Counted from the first letter of the stretch, positions 18,797-31,100 are shown. The stretch: DNA of 64,000 nucleotides from an uncultured Planctomycetaceae bacterium (GCA_963813715.1 CAWFAK010000005.1:640001-704000), one strand, 5' to 3'. Made by a program: numbers and translations. Notes: generated by a model from the sequence alone, not told the origin.

Positions 18797-20790
18797 TCAA
18801 TCGCCGTTCGGGCCGTCGATCACCAGCGTGCAATCTGGCAGGCTCTCGAGGAACTGTCGGCCGTACGGTTTGCTGCGAATCCGCGGATCGAGAATCGCGA
18901 CCTGCCCGGTGTCCGCCTTGCGGCGAATCAGGCGTCCGAAGCCCTGCTTGAGTTTGATCACGGCCTCGGGCACCTGGTATTCGATGAAGGGATTGCCCCC
19001 TCGCTCACGAATCGCCTCCAGCCGCGCCTCGAGCAGCGGATGATCGGGCACGCTGAACGGGAGCTTGGTGATGATCACGTTCTGCAGCGCGTCGCCGGGC
19101 ACGTCGACTCCCTGCCAGAAGCTGTCGGTGCCGAACAACACGCCGGCGGCGTCCTTGCGGAAGCGTTCCAACATCAGCGAATTCGGCAGCCCGTCGGACT
19201 GGCAGTAAAGCGTGTATTGATGCCGGGCGAACCATTGAGCGAGTCGCTCGGCACAGCTCTTGAGCATTTTGTAACTGGTAAACAGCACAAACGCGCGGCC
19301 GTGCGTTTCCGTCACATGGTGTTGGATGCGTTCGCAGACCGCCTGCTCATACTCACGGGGATGGGCGGCCGGGTCGGGCATGCCGTCGGAGAGGATCAAT
19401 CGCGCCTGACGCTTGAAGTCGAACGGGCTGCCGAGCCGGCACTCGTCGGCGGCGCCAGCCCCCAGGCGGTCCTTAATGAAGTCGAAGCTGCGCTTGCCGA
19501 CGGCGAGCGTGGCGCTGGTGAGGATCACCGTCTTCACCCGGTCGAAGAGTTCGCTCTTGAGCACCGGGCCAACTTCGATCGGTGCACAGTGCAGCTCGGT
19601 GCGCGGCCGTTTTCCCTGTCGGACCTCGATCCAGTAGACGCAACCGGGCAACGACTGCTTGAGCCAGGCCGCCAGCGATTGGCCCAGCTCGATACAGCGC
19701 TGGGCGGCGGCCGTCAGCTCGATCGACTGTTCTTCGTTCACGATCTCCTTCGCGGCAGAGTTCATCGTCGCTGCCAGCTCGGTGAGCGCGGGGGTGACTT
19801 TGTTCACGACGTCGAGCGGTTGTCGGAGGCGGCCATTTTCGCTTCCGTGAACCTCGTGCCAGTCGCGGAGATCCTCGAGCAAGTCCCGCACACCGTGGCG
19901 GATGCGGTCGACCAGCCGCTGCGCGTCGAGAGTTTGTGGTGCACCAGCAGGCCGCGCTGCGTGTAGTCGTTGTAGAGCTTGTTGAGCAGGTAATCGAACT
20001 GTCCGCTGGTGAGCGTCAGTCCCATCCGGTCGCCGGCGACCGCTTCGACGGTGTGAGCTTCGTCGAGCACGACGACTTCATAATCGGGCAGCAAGCTCAC
20101 CCCTTCCCGCCGCAACGCCAGGTCAGAGAAGAAGAGGGCGTGATTGACCACCAGGACGTCGGCGTCCCAAATCCGCCGCCGCGCCTGGTAATAGAAGCAG
20201 TCGTTGTACGTGGGGCATTTTTTCCCCAGGCAATTGCCACGATCGCTAGCGACTTCGTCCCAGACGTTGGGGAACGGCCGCAGCGACAAATCGCTGCGCG
20301 TGCCGTCGGTCGTCCGCCGCGACCAGTCGAGGATCGTCTGCAGCTGCTCGAATTCCTGCTCCTGAAAGAAAATCGATTTGGCCCGTTCGACGGCGGCGTT
20401 CATCCGCCGCAGACTGATGTAGTTCCCGCGCCCTTTCGCCAGCACGCACGAGAACTCAACCGGCAGCACTGAACGCAGAAAGGGGATGTCCCGCGTGACG
20501 AGCTGTTCCTGCAGGCTGATCGTGTGGGTCGAAATGACGAGGGGCTTGCGGGGGCGTTCCGTGGTGCCCGTCGGATCGTGTTCCGCGGTGACTGCCAGAA
20601 TGGCCGGGACGAGGTAGGCGAAACTCTTGCCCACGCCAGTTCCCGCTTCGACCAGCAAATGCCTCGACTCCGCGATGGCCCGCTCGACCGCTTCGGCCAT
20701 TTCCAGCTGCTGTGGCCGGTGTTCGTAACTGTCGAGGCGCCGGGCGATTCGGCCGTCACTGCCGAGCACGGAGGTGGCATTGAGCGTCAA
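18797..20790 (-). CDS. dinG: DinG/YoaA-family ATP-dependent DNA helicase (frameshift near 19920)
   Basis: RPQQ Q-motif, EAGTGVGKS, DEAH, LTSATL, LFTSY, QGVDVPG, QGFGRLIRR. Confidence 0.9.
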
Positions 20791-21009
20791 AGCGAGCAGA
20801 CTCCCTCCGCGGACCCAATTCCGATTCGGAAGGAATTCTAAGTCTTACCGTGCGCCCGGGGGAGGGCTGGGCCAGCCAATCAGCGGAATGAAAGTTGCTT
20901 TTGAGTGCTTTCGGACGAAGAATAAAGGCGTGTCGAAGCGAATTCGTCTGATCGACCTTACTAAAAGACTCGTTTCCACAACGCCACTCTTAGCGCTAAG
21001 GAGCCAGGC

Positions 21010-21535
21010 ATGTCGAAGGTCTTTGCAATCGGACTGGCTGCTGCGGTGATCGGTTTCGCAGCCAGTCAGCCAGCCAACGCCGGTCATCGTCGTTGCTGGG
21101 GATACGGCTGGTATTCGTATCCGTCTTACTCGGGCTACACCTACTCGAATTACGGCACGTACTCCAACTATGGCGCAGTACTATGCGCCGTCGGCACCGG
21201 TGGCCACGAATATTCCGCCGGCCCCGAGCGGGCAGGTGGCTCGCACGGATAACGGAGTGTATCGCAGCTTCTCGGATGAACCGGGGCAGACGGCTCCGAC
21301 TCCGACCTATCAACCGGCGCCCGCGCCGATCGCCGTCGCGCCAGCCGGCTCGTCCGATTACGGGACAGACGGCAACCCGTACGGTGGCAGCGGAGTGACG
21401 ATCGGCGGCGTGCCGAGCCCGGCTTCGAACTATGGCACCGCCAACAACCCGTCCGGAACGGGAGGAATGACGACGTTCGGTGGCGGGACGTATTCTGGCA
21501 ACACCACCGGTGGCACGGCCGGTCACCCATATTGA
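21010..21535 (+). CDS. Secreted Tyr/Gly/Thr-rich low-complexity protein (frameshift near 21170)
   Basis: AAGGAG RBS, signal peptide ending ANA, YRSFS motif, downstream terminator. Confidence 0.6.
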
Positions 21536-21605
21536 TCGGCTGAGATCGATCGGGTGGCGAAGCCCGAAATCAATGGTGCGGCTGCCTGGGCAACGCACTG
21601 TGGAT

Positions 21606-21654
21606 AAAAAAACGGCCCGGTGGGAAGATTTCTGTCCCGCCGGCCGTTCGTTTT
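21606..21654. terminator. Probable bidirectional intrinsic terminator
   Basis: A-tract, AACGGC-CCGGTGGGA...TCCCGCCGG-CCGTT stem, then T-tract, between convergent genes. Confidence 0.6.
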
Positions 21655-21713
21655 CAATCGCTAGGCTATTTTCGGACTGCTCTGCGGGAGTCTGCGCAAA
21701 ATTCGTCCAGCGC

Positions 21714-22721
21714 TTATTGTCTCGTGCGCGGCGCACTGTCCGCTGCCACCTGAGCGGAGGCTGGAGTCGGACTTGTCATGGAGCGAGCCCAGCGTGCGGC
21801 GTGTTCGGTCCAAATGGAGTCGTTCAGGCTCCGTTCCAGTTCAAGCGATCGCTCGCCGTAGACATCGCGGAGCGCGGCCTGCCAATCCTTCTGCTGGCTC
21901 GCGGCGACGAAATCGAGACATTGCGCCGGGGTACCCCAATCGAGGAGCAGGCCTACGAGGGCCACGCTCTGTCCGTTGAACGCGTCGCGATATGCGAGCT
22001 GGGGGCGCGAGCGAACATTGACGAGATCGCTCAGCGAATAAATCGCGCCGTGGCTGGCCGCTCGACGCAATTCGGTCAATCGCCGTTTCAGTTTCTCCGG
22101 CGATTCCGCGAGCATCGCAATGCCTTCGTCAGCCCAGGGTGAAATTCGTTGTTGCGAGAAACGATCCGCCAGGACGACGTGCATCAGTTCGTGCGGCAGG
22201 CTTTCCGTATTCCAATCGAGGGCGTCTGCTCGGAAGTCGATCCGTCGCAGGACGACCCGTCCTTGATCGAGGCCGATCGACGAACAGCCTGAAGTCGTTT
22301 GACTCCCGGGACCCACGCAGGCCACGTAGGCGTTCGTGTCGGGATGGACCACCACCTCGCAGAAGGGCGTCCATGCGGCGGGGTGCGCGTCACCGAGCCA
22401 ACGCTCTCGAGCGCCGAGGGCCAGCCGTTCGCAGGAGGCGGCCAGCTCTCGAATGTTCGCCTCGGACGTGCACCAGTAAATCCGAAAATTGGCCGTGCGG
22501 GCGACCCAACTGTTCGGGCACGGGCACGAGGACGGGCAGAGCATGATCGCCGGATCGGGACTTGTGGCCTCCGGTCGAGGTCGGGCGGCGGCGACCGGTG
22601 AATCGTCGGCCCGTGTTACCGAGCCAGACAACGCAGCGAGAATCGTGGAGGCGAAAATCAGCGAAAGGGGAGTCGGCGAAAGGAAACGGGGCGGGACGCA
22701 AACCCAAGCAGCCAAGCGCAT
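21714..22721 (-). CDS. Secreted gluzincin (peptidase MA-like) metallopeptidase
   Basis: LPHELMHVV ... PWADEGIA; signal peptide. Confidence 0.75.
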   Translation of the reverse strand: MRLAAWVCVPPRFLSPTPLSLIFASTILAALSGSVTRADDSPVAAARPRPEATSPDPAIMLCPSSCPCPNSWVARTANFRIYWCTSEANIRELAASCERLALGARERWLGDAHPAAWTPFCEVVVHPDTNAYVACVGPGSQTTSGCSSIGLDQGRVVLRRIDFRADALDWNTESLPHELMHVVLADRFSQQRISPWADEGIAMLAESPEKLKRRLTELRRAASHGAIYSLSDLVNVRSRPQLAYRDAFNGQSVALVGLLLDWGTPAQCLDFVAASQQKDWQAALRDVYGERSLELERSLNDSIWTEHAARWARSMTSPTPASAQVAADSAPRTRQ

Positions 22722-23015
22722 CGAGACTCCCTTTTCCGGAGCCAAGCGCTTGCCCAAGGTCTGCGCCAAGTTTTCCGGGTCGGGATCGCTTTAGGAATCT
22801 TCATGCCGGGCTTTTTGATTTGCGATAAGTGATTGCCTTGTAATTGTTTATGGAAATGATAGATGGCGATGTGTGCGCTCGAGTTGCGCAGTGCCGCCAA
22901 TTCTTCATGCACGTTTGGCAATCGGCAAAAAATTAACTGGGCCAGGGATTTAGGGCGAGGCGGGCCCAGCGCGGCGCGAAGGGGAGGATCTGGCAAGCGG
23001 TGGCCGAAAGCGGTC

Positions 23016-23091
<76 letters not shown>

Positions 23092-23376
23092 GAAGTCATT
23101 TTGGGCCGCAAGGTTGCGATCGCATGAGGGAAGTCCAGCGGCCGAGGCGTTGTCTCGCTCACTCTAGGCCGGGCCAGATATACTGTCAATAAGCCGCTTC
23201 GGCGGCAGAAGATCGGTCGACGTGCGGCGAAATGCTTTGTCGCCCGCCTGCGGTGCCGGCCGCTTGTCCGCGCGTCTCCCGGGTTCGATGGCGACTCGCA
23301 CGAGGTTCCTGCGATCACAGAGCCAATCACCGTTTCTCCCGTTCACGCGGCCACGGCCGACCCTGCGGGTGTCCGA

Positions 23377-25293
23377 GTGGCGCGGCCGACGCCCGACCAG
23401 GGTCTGTCGAGTGAGGCACTGCGCGAGTGCGGCGCCAGCGTGCGGGACATTCAGACGGCTGCCGCGGACTTGGCTTCCGCGGTCGGACTACTGGGTTTGC
23501 CGTCGCTCGAGGCGCGGGAGTGGTATCGACTGCTGCGCGAAAAACTCGTGCCGCAGCTCGGAGCGGATGCTTACCTGATCGTGGCCGTGGTGGGCGGCAC
23601 GAACATCGGCAAGAGCGTCATTTTCAATCACATCGCCGCCAGCCCGCTTAGCGCCAGCAGCCCGCTGGCGTCGGGCACGCGAAATCCGGTGTGCGTCGTC
23701 CCCGCGGGCTTCGAGCATTCGCACGAGCTGTCCGCGATTTTCCCGGAGTTCAGCCTGCGGCCGTGGGCGAGCGTCAGCGACGCGCTCGCCGACACTCCGG
23801 ACGACCGCATTTATTGGCGGTCGGTTTCCGGGACGCCGCCAAATTTGTTGATTCTCGACACGCCCGACATCGACAGCGACGTGCAGGTGAACTGGAAACG
23901 GGCGGACGGCATCCGCCGCGTGGCCGACGTGTTGATCGCCGTTCTCACGCAGCAAAAGTACAACGACGCGGCGGTGAAGCAGTACTTCCGCAAAGCGGCG
24001 GAGGAAGGCAAGCTGGTCCTGGTCGTGTTCAACCAGTGCCAGCTTCCCGACGACGAGGCCTATTGGCCCCTTTGGCTGGGGACGTTTTGCCGCGAGACGG
24101 GCGTTTCGCCGCGGCTCGTTTATATCGCCCCCAACGATCGCCGGGCGGCCGAGCAAGGCGGCCTGCCCTTCTTCGAGAAGCCGCCGAACGCGTGGCAGGG
24201 CAACGGCTCTGCGAGCCAGCCCGCCGCAACGGCAACGCCCGCCGACCTGGCCCACGACTTGTCGCAGCTGAAATTCGCCGAGATCAAGCTGACCACGCTG
24301 TCGGGCGCGCTCGAGCATTTGATGTCGCAGGAAACAGGACTGCCTGCGTTTCTGCGGGAGGTGCAAGCCCGCAGCGCCGAGTTCGAATCGGCGGCCAAAT
24401 GGCTTTCATCGGAGAGCGTGATCAAGGTCAGCGATTGGCCGTCGGTGTCGAGTTCGCTCTTGGTCGCGGAAATTCGCGCGTGGTGGCGACAACGCCAGCA
24501 CGGCGTCGCCCGTAGCGTCCACGAGTTTTATGACACGGTCGGCCGCGGCATGATGTATCCCTTCCGGCTGGCCAGCGACAAACTGCGCGGCCCCTCGATC
24601 AGTCGAATCGACCAGTATCGGCAGAACGAATGGGGAGCGATCCTGAAAGTCATCGAGGATCTCTACGACCGCCTCAGCTGGCTGTCCGAATCGGCCAATC
24701 CGCTGCTCAAGCCGTTCCTCGGGCAGATGCTGGCGGGCAAGTCGCGTCAGCAACTGTTGGAACAACTCCGCGTTGACCATCAGCGCGTCGACATCGCCGC
24801 CGAGCTGGCGCAGACTGTCAACTCGGAAATGCAGGCCTTCAAGGAAGGTAACCCGGATCTCTACAACATTTATCGACAGCTGACCAACTTCTCCGCCGCC
24901 ATTCGTCCGCTGACCAGCGTGGCGTTCTTCACCATCGGCTTGGGGCCCGCGCATGAATTGGTGGTGCACGGCCTCACACCGATCGCGGCCGACCTGGCAA
25001 CGGGCACGGTCGCAGTGGCGGGAGGCGATGCGATGCTGGCCGGCGGCGCGAGCCTGCTCGAAACGCGGTTTCGCCGGCTGCAAGCGGCCTTCACGAAGCG
25101 CCGCGTCGATTGGCTGCTGAAACGTCTCAATGAACAAGTCTTTGGAGCAGTCCCCGGCGATCTGCAAACTGCCGCAACCGTTCCTCAGTCTGCGACCTAT
25201 CGCAGGCTGGCCGAGGCCGTCGGCCGCTTGGACAATCAGCTCGCCGATATCACGAAGCCTTCGCCCGCGGTCGGCGTGGCGGCGACACGCTAG
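23377..25293 (+). CDS. Dynamin-like / TRAFAC GTPase A
   Basis: G1 GGTNIGKS, G2 T, G3 DTPD, G4-position NQ; long helical C-terminus with hydrophobic segments. Confidence 0.75.
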   Translation: MARPTPDQGLSSEALRECGASVRDIQTAAADLASAVGLLGLPSLEAREWYRLLREKLVPQLGADAYLIVAVVGGTNIGKSVIFNHIAASPLSASSPLASGTRNPVCVVPAGFEHSHELSAIFPEFSLRPWASVSDALADTPDDRIYWRSVSGTPPNLLILDTPDIDSDVQVNWKRADGIRRVADVLIAVLTQQKYNDAAVKQYFRKAAEEGKLVLVVFNQCQLPDDEAYWPLWLGTFCRETGVSPRLVYIAPNDRRAAEQGGLPFFEKPPNAWQGNGSASQPAATATPADLAHDLSQLKFAEIKLTTLSGALEHLMSQETGLPAFLREVQARSAEFESAAKWLSSESVIKVSDWPSVSSSLLVAEIRAWWRQRQHGVARSVHEFYDTVGRGMMYPFRLASDKLRGPSISRIDQYRQNEWGAILKVIEDLYDRLSWLSESANPLLKPFLGQMLAGKSRQQLLEQLRVDHQRVDIAAELAQTVNSEMQAFKEGNPDLYNIYRQLTNFSAAIRPLTSVAFFTIGLGPAHELVVHGLTPIAADLATGTVAVAGGDAMLAGGASLLETRFRRLQAAFTKRRVDWLLKRLNEQVFGAVPGDLQTAATVPQSATYRRLAEAVGRLDNQLADITKPSPAVGVAATR

Positions 25294-25305
25294 AATCTCG
25301 TCAGC

Positions 25306-27117
25306 ATGACCACTCCCGAACTCGCCCAACTGGAAGCCCTGTCGCAAGTCGACGAGATTGTCGAGCGGCTCACGCGGTGGACGGCCGAAGAAACATCCTG
25401 GGAGCCCCTCCGCTCGTGCCGCGCTCTTTTGAAGCGGGTGCTCTCGCGGGTCGATTCGCTCCGCATCCGGCTCGAGGCCCCACTGGTCGTTGCCACGTTC
25501 GGAGGCACCGGCACCGGCAAGAGCACACTGGTCAACGCGATCATCGGCCGGGAGTGTGCCCGCACCGGCCGGCAGCGACCGACGACGACGCGCCCGCTGC
25601 TCCTCGTTCATCCCAACACCGATCTGAGCACGTTGGGGTTTTCGACGGAGGAATTCGATGTCAGCCGCGTCGACGCGCCCCTCTTGCAGGACATTGTTCT
25701 GATCGATTGTCCGGATCCGGACACGTCGGAGAGCGACGCCAAAGGCAGCAATCTCCAACGGCTGCACGATCTGCTGCCGCACTGCGACGTATTGATCTAT
25801 ACCTCCACGCAGCAGAAATACCGTTCGGGCCGCGTCACGGACGAGCTGGGACTGGCCTCCAATGGCTGCCGATTGATTTTCGTGCAGACGCACGCCGAGC
25901 TCGACCAGGACATTCGCGATGATTGGCGACGGCACCTGGGCGCGCACTATGACGTGCCGGAGGTCTTCTTTATCGACTCGCTGCAAGGTTTGAAGGAACA
26001 GCTCGCCGGCGGGCGGCCCTCCGGCGATCTCGGCCGATTGCAGCAGGTGCTGACCACCCAACTGTCGGCCGCCCATCGAGTCCAGGTCCGCCGTTCGAAC
26101 CTGATCGATTTGCTGCATTCGGCCGTCGAACATTGCCGGAGCACGCTCCGCGAATACGATCCGTCGCTCGCCCAGCTCGAAGGGGCCCTCGAAAACCAGC
26201 ACGCGCGGCTGGTGCGGTCGTTGGCCGACAACCTGACGAGCGAGCTGAAGCGCAGTAGCGCCCTCTGGGAGCGGCGGTTGCTCGCCTCCGTCACGCAGCT
26301 GTGGGGGTTCAGCCCGTTCTCTTCGCTGTTGCGGCTCTATAACGCGATGGGCGGTCTGGTGGCCTCGCTGACTCTGTTACGGGCCCGCTCGTCGGCCCAG
26401 ATCGCGCTGATCGGCGCGGTGCAGGGGTTCCGCTGGCTGCGGGCCCGTCAGCAGGAACAGCAGGCGGAGGGGCGGCTCGAGCGACTCTCGGCCACGAGTG
26501 CCGACGACAGCATCCTGCGCGAGGCCCAGGTGCTGATCGCCGGCTACGCCGGCTCCGGCGGCTTCGATTCGGGTCTCGTCCAATCGGACTCACTGCAAAC
26601 GCTGCGTAAGCAGGCGCTGCAGCTCGAGGAAGAATTCCTGGCCGACGCCAGCCGGCGGATCGATCAAATCATCGACGGCCTCGTCGCCCGCGATTCGGGC
26701 TGGCTGCCCCGGCTCTGCTACGAGACGCTGTTCGCAATTTATCCGCTGTTCGTCCTGATTCGCGTCGGCAAGAACTTCTTTTATGACTCGATGTTCGGCA
26801 ACATGCCGCTCTTCGCGACGAGCTTCTACGTCTCGGCCGGACTGTTCTTCTTGCTGTGGTCGTGGCTGTTCGTGATGTCCTTCTGCCGCCGGCTGCGACG
26901 ACACCTCTCCGGCGAGATCGAAGAGCTGGCTCAGTCGCTGGCCGAACAGAGAATCACCGGCGAAATGTTCCCACCGCTCGCCGAGGCTTGCCGCCAGGCT
27001 CGCCTGCAGCGCACTCGCCTCGATGCAATCGCCGTCACGATCGGTGGTCTGCGCCCGGAACGGAGCGGCACGCTCGGCGCACCTCGCGCGGCGGCCCGGC
27101 GGCTTGTTACCGCGTAG
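25306..27117 (+). CDS. Dynamin-like / TRAFAC GTPase B with C-terminal TM helices
   Basis: G1 GGTGTGKS, G2 RPTT, G3 DCPD, G4-position THAE; two TM helices near the C-terminus. Confidence 0.75.
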   Translation: MTTPELAQLEALSQVDEIVERLTRWTAEETSWEPLRSCRALLKRVLSRVDSLRIRLEAPLVVATFGGTGTGKSTLVNAIIGRECARTGRQRPTTTRPLLLVHPNTDLSTLGFSTEEFDVSRVDAPLLQDIVLIDCPDPDTSESDAKGSNLQRLHDLLPHCDVLIYTSTQQKYRSGRVTDELGLASNGCRLIFVQTHAELDQDIRDDWRRHLGAHYDVPEVFFIDSLQGLKEQLAGGRPSGDLGRLQQVLTTQLSAAHRVQVRRSNLIDLLHSAVEHCRSTLREYDPSLAQLEGALENQHARLVRSLADNLTSELKRSSALWERRLLASVTQLWGFSPFSSLLRLYNAMGGLVASLTLLRARSSAQIALIGAVQGFRWLRARQQEQQAEGRLERLSATSADDSILREAQVLIAGYAGSGGFDSGLVQSDSLQTLRKQALQLEEEFLADASRRIDQIIDGLVARDSGWLPRLCYETLFAIYPLFVLIRVGKNFFYDSMFGNMPLFATSFYVSAGLFFLLWSWLFVMSFCRRLRRHLSGEIEELAQSLAEQRITGEMFPPLAEACRQARLQRTRLDAIAVTIGGLRPERSGTLGAPRAAARRLVTA

Positions 27118-27240
27118 CGGTTCGCTAAGCTTGGCTGAGGGTCCGCGGATCAGACTGCGGGATTTGCCGACTCGCTCAGAATTGCGACCAGAGCGGCATG
27201 GGCCAGTTAGGCTCGGCACGCACCACGCAACGCCGGCTCG

Positions 27241-28092
27241 TTACGGCATAGCGCGGGGTGCCGGTGCTAGCTTGAAGCGTGTCGGAGCACCGGATGCGTC
27301 GGGCACTGCCGGCGTTTGGGGTGTCGGTGTTTCGGATGAGGCCGGTGGTGCCGGTGCTGGCTCAGCTGGAGGACCAGATTGGTGGGGCGTTACCGGTCCA
27401 GTGGGTGTAATCGAATTGGATGCCCAGGGCGAGCACGGGCAACCGCTCTGGAACTGCTGCGCAAGATTCACGTACTCGGGAGCGGGAACGGCATAGATTT
27501 CCGGCGGGATCACGCGGTAGTGCACCCACAGGGTCCAGTCGACTCGAGATTGTCCCGGCTCGCCCGGAAGGGCGTTGCCCATCTCGGCAGCTTTTTGGGT
27601 ATCCAAATTCCCCCAGACAGTTTGCCCAAACTGGGTTTCGACCAGAGCCAAGCTCTGAAGGGCAAATGCGTTCATCGGATCTGCAACGAGTTGGGCTCTG
27701 AAATAGGTGGCGGCGCCATCCAGAAGGACAAAGCGTTTGCCGAGGTCGTCTTTGGCGAATTCAGGCGAGTTGCGTTGCCCATCCGAGAGCTCGATGGATT
27801 TGGCATTCGCAGACTCGCTGGTAACCGTAAAGGCGCGTGGCGTCGAATTCGCGGTCTCCGAGTCAGCTGGCTTCTCTGTTAGAAACACGGTTGCACCTTT
27901 CCAGGTGCCCGTTTGCGCCTCGGCGACGGAAGAAAGAGTGAGCGGCAGAAAGACGGCGATGCAGATCTGCGCACTTTGCCATAGCAGGGTCCCTGGGAAC
28001 GGGAGATCATGATGTCCGTATCCCAGATTACCAACGCCTGAGCCCAGTCGGCTAGAGGGTATCCTCGCTCTTTCGGACTGTCTTACATCCAC
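27241..28092 (-). CDS. Hypothetical exported protein (true start probably downstream of 28092)
   Basis: Signal-like segment ending AEA; Pro-rich tail; follows the large gene on the same strand. Confidence 0.5.
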   Translation of the reverse strand: MDVRQSERARIPSSRLGSGVGNLGYGHHDLPFPGTLLWQSAQICIAVFLPLTLSSVAEAQTGTWKGATVFLTEKPADSETANSTPRAFTVTSESANAKSIELSDGQRNSPEFAKDDLGKRFVLLDGAATYFRAQLVADPMNAFALQSLALVETQFGQTVWGNLDTQKAAEMGNALPGEPGQSRVDWTLWVHYRVIPPEIYAVPAPEYVNLAQQFQSGCPCSPWASNSITPTGPVTPHQSGPPAEPAPAPPASSETPTPQTPAVPDASGAPTRFKLAPAPRAMP

Positions 28093-28105
28093 ACGGCCTA
28101 CTGTT

Positions 28106-31100
28106 CTAAGGGCTTGTAGCCGCGGGCGTCGTGGTCGTGCCCGGCGCAGTCGTTCCAGGCGTTGCGGTTGCCGCCTTCGCGGCCGCGGAAACGAGCGTCA
28201 CCGTCAGCTGATTGACAATCGTGAGCTTCGGTTGCCCTGTCCCAGAAACGGTGGCGTTCATGGTGAAGGACGTGTTCGAGGGGCCGATCGGTTTGACGGC
28301 GCCGAACTCGTACTGAATGACGTTGAACACATTGTTTGCCAGATTCGTGAGATCCTGGCCGGTGATTGTCAGCACGTGCGTGGTGGTGTTGTAATTTGTC
28401 GGCGCTGTCGAACCCGTCCCGGGAACAATTGTGATTTTCTGCGGGGAGACTGACCGACTGGCTGCCCCGCCGAGCGTCAACGTCAGTGTCACAGTGCTGT
28501 CGGAGGGAACCTGATATTGGGTTCCCATGTTGAGCGTCAGCGAGCTGGTGCGTAGAGGGGAGGATCGGCCGCAGCAATCCCGAGCCCCTTGGCGACGTAT
28601 CCCAGCGACAGTTGAGTACTCGTCCACTGAGGCTGCGAGACGACTGGCGGAGTTTGGGTGGCTCCCGAGGAATCTGATCCCCCGCCAGCAGTGCCGCCCG
28701 ACGCCGGAGCGAGGTTGCCCGAGCCAGTCTTCCCAAGGTGCCAGGCTGGAATTAGCAGATGGGACGTCGCCCCGTAAGGTGTGGGAAAGGTGCACGTCGA
28801 CAAACGTGAAAGCTGGCCAACTGTAGACGGCGATCGCAACGCTAACTGTGCACGGAGCGACACCGGAACCTTGTAACAGCATTGAAAGCGTGTCGGTACC
28901 GTTGTAGGCGGCTTTCGGCTTATAGGTCAGGCCATTGACTGCCGTGTTAAGCCGGTCAATGGTGCCGGTCACCGTCATTGAGCCCGTGCCATTAGCCCCC
29001 GTGGTGAAGCAAAGTCCATCGGTAGAACCCAATGCGAGCGTCCCGTTGTTTACTTTAAGCGTCAACTGCTGGAGCGTGCCAGGCAATCCGGGATCTTTTA
29101 ACTGGATTGCGTCGTTTCCAAACCGGAGGATCCCTCGATTGCTGATGGACTGTGTGGGACGCGTGTAGATCGAAGTCACCGCGGCCGGCGGTGGAGGCGA
29201 GGAAGAAGCGTCTGGCGATCTGGCGTCGCTTGTTTCACTCGTTGGGTCCTGCCAACCGCCGTAGACTTCTCCCGTATCCTCGACGATCGAAATCGCATTC
29301 GCTGGAATCGTGACCTTCATCACCTGCCTGCTGAGGAGTTCGGAGTTCGCCGCGATCTCCTGGCCACCGGCGATGACGCGAGTTTGATGGACGCTGAAGT
29401 GGTTTCCGATCAGGAAGATCGTCGTAGAGCCGTCGAGATTGATCGCGGGGGCGCCGTACCAACCCAGCAACTCCGGAGCCAGGTCCGTGACGCCGGTGTT
29501 GAACATGGCGAATCCGCCCAGAGTGTTTTCATAGGGCACTTGAACTGACATCGATTGCAGCGGCAATTTCGCAGCCAATTGGTGAGCGCTGCTGCTGCAG
29601 GCGATCCACCTCTCCATTCAGATAGCAGTGTGGATCGCTGACCATCTGGGCCCCGTCCTGGATCCACTTGGCCTGCTCGCTCAATCGGACGGCGGTGGTG
29701 GAATTCAAGAGTTTGCGATGCGGATTGTCCAAAGCGAACCAGTTGCTGCTGGCACTCATGTCGGCATACGGAACAAACGAAGGCATGATCACGATAGCCA
29801 CGCACTCGCGGATCCCCGGCTCGAGCATCCGTTCGCGCAAGAAGTTGCTTGCGGTTTGGTCCACCGCAAAGCAGATCCTGGAAGAAGACTTTGACGTTGC
29901 TGTCGGTGTCCGGCGTCTGAAAGCGGGGATAGAAGCGCCATCCAAAGGTCTCCGACCCGTGGGAAAAACCAACCGTCGTGTTGTTGATCGCGATCGTCTC
30001 CATGTCCATCTCGAGGCGGCGGGCAAATTGAAACATGTTGTTGGCGCTTAGGTTTCCGCTCACGAACGCCATGGACATCGCCAACTGCATTTCGCGCCGC
30101 ATACTGTAGCTGTCGGCGATGTTCTGCTGGTCGTCCTCGGGGTCCAAGGCAAAGACATGGATCGGCCAGCGACACTGCACGTATTGGTTGAAGTTCTGTG
30201 CGCGCTTGTGGCGACGGCTCGGGTGAGAAATAGTCGAGCCATTCCCCTTGCAGTTGAAATCCACCGCGCGCCGCGGCGGCTTCGGTCATGTCCTGCGTCA
30301 GTTGTTGATTGAGCAAAGCCGAATCGACAAGGATCGCCCACGCCAACGCCGGTGTCACTTGCGACTTTAGTGTCGCCCCAGTCGCGGACGTCGGCCTCGA
30401 AGGCATTCCGCATCGCGTCAATCTCAGCCGTGCGCAGGCCTCGAATAGCGCTGACCAGCGGCGGGCTGCAAAAACGCCACAGATCGATTCGTGTCTGGCC
30501 GGTCGCAAAGTTGTGGGCGGCGTCTCTCAAAAAGGCATACGACCCGTTCAGTTCTTCGCGGATATAGGATTGCACGTCGGGGTAGTGCACGACACCCTTA
30601 TTCGGCACCGCAAAGGTGAGCTGATAGGTTCCTGATAAAATTTCATTCACGTACGCCTTTCCATAGATATCGACCATCTGGGACGGTGGAAACGGTCGTT
30701 GTGCAACCTTCAGCCGAGTGGCAGAGCCGAGTTGGCGATTCAAGAGAAGCCCTACCTTATCGCTCACTGGGACTGAGATCCGTATGGCCGCCGTTAGTTG
30801 TCCGAGTTGTGTCTCTGGAAGGGCAGTGGAGATTCGGCGGGGTTGTGCCGCACTTGTGGAGGACGGCTGGGGCTTCTTCGTCGCTTCGTAAAGCACGCTC
30901 CTCAGGTCCCAGTCATTCAGGAGCTGAGTCATCGGAACGGCAATCTGATCGAGCAGATCGTTAACGACCAGATTGCGAAACGTCATCGGCAGCAGTTCTT
31001 CGTGCAAGTGCGGCGTAATCGAAAACGTGATCTCCGCCCCATAGCGCTGTTGCGTCTGACGACCGGGCAAAACGGACACGGGAATCCGGACAAGGTTGAG

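Noticed and set aside
24406..26202. Long antisense ORFs (also 51333-52940, 43512-44855, 10719-11891)
   Set aside because: Stop-poor shadows of real genes, expected at high GC.
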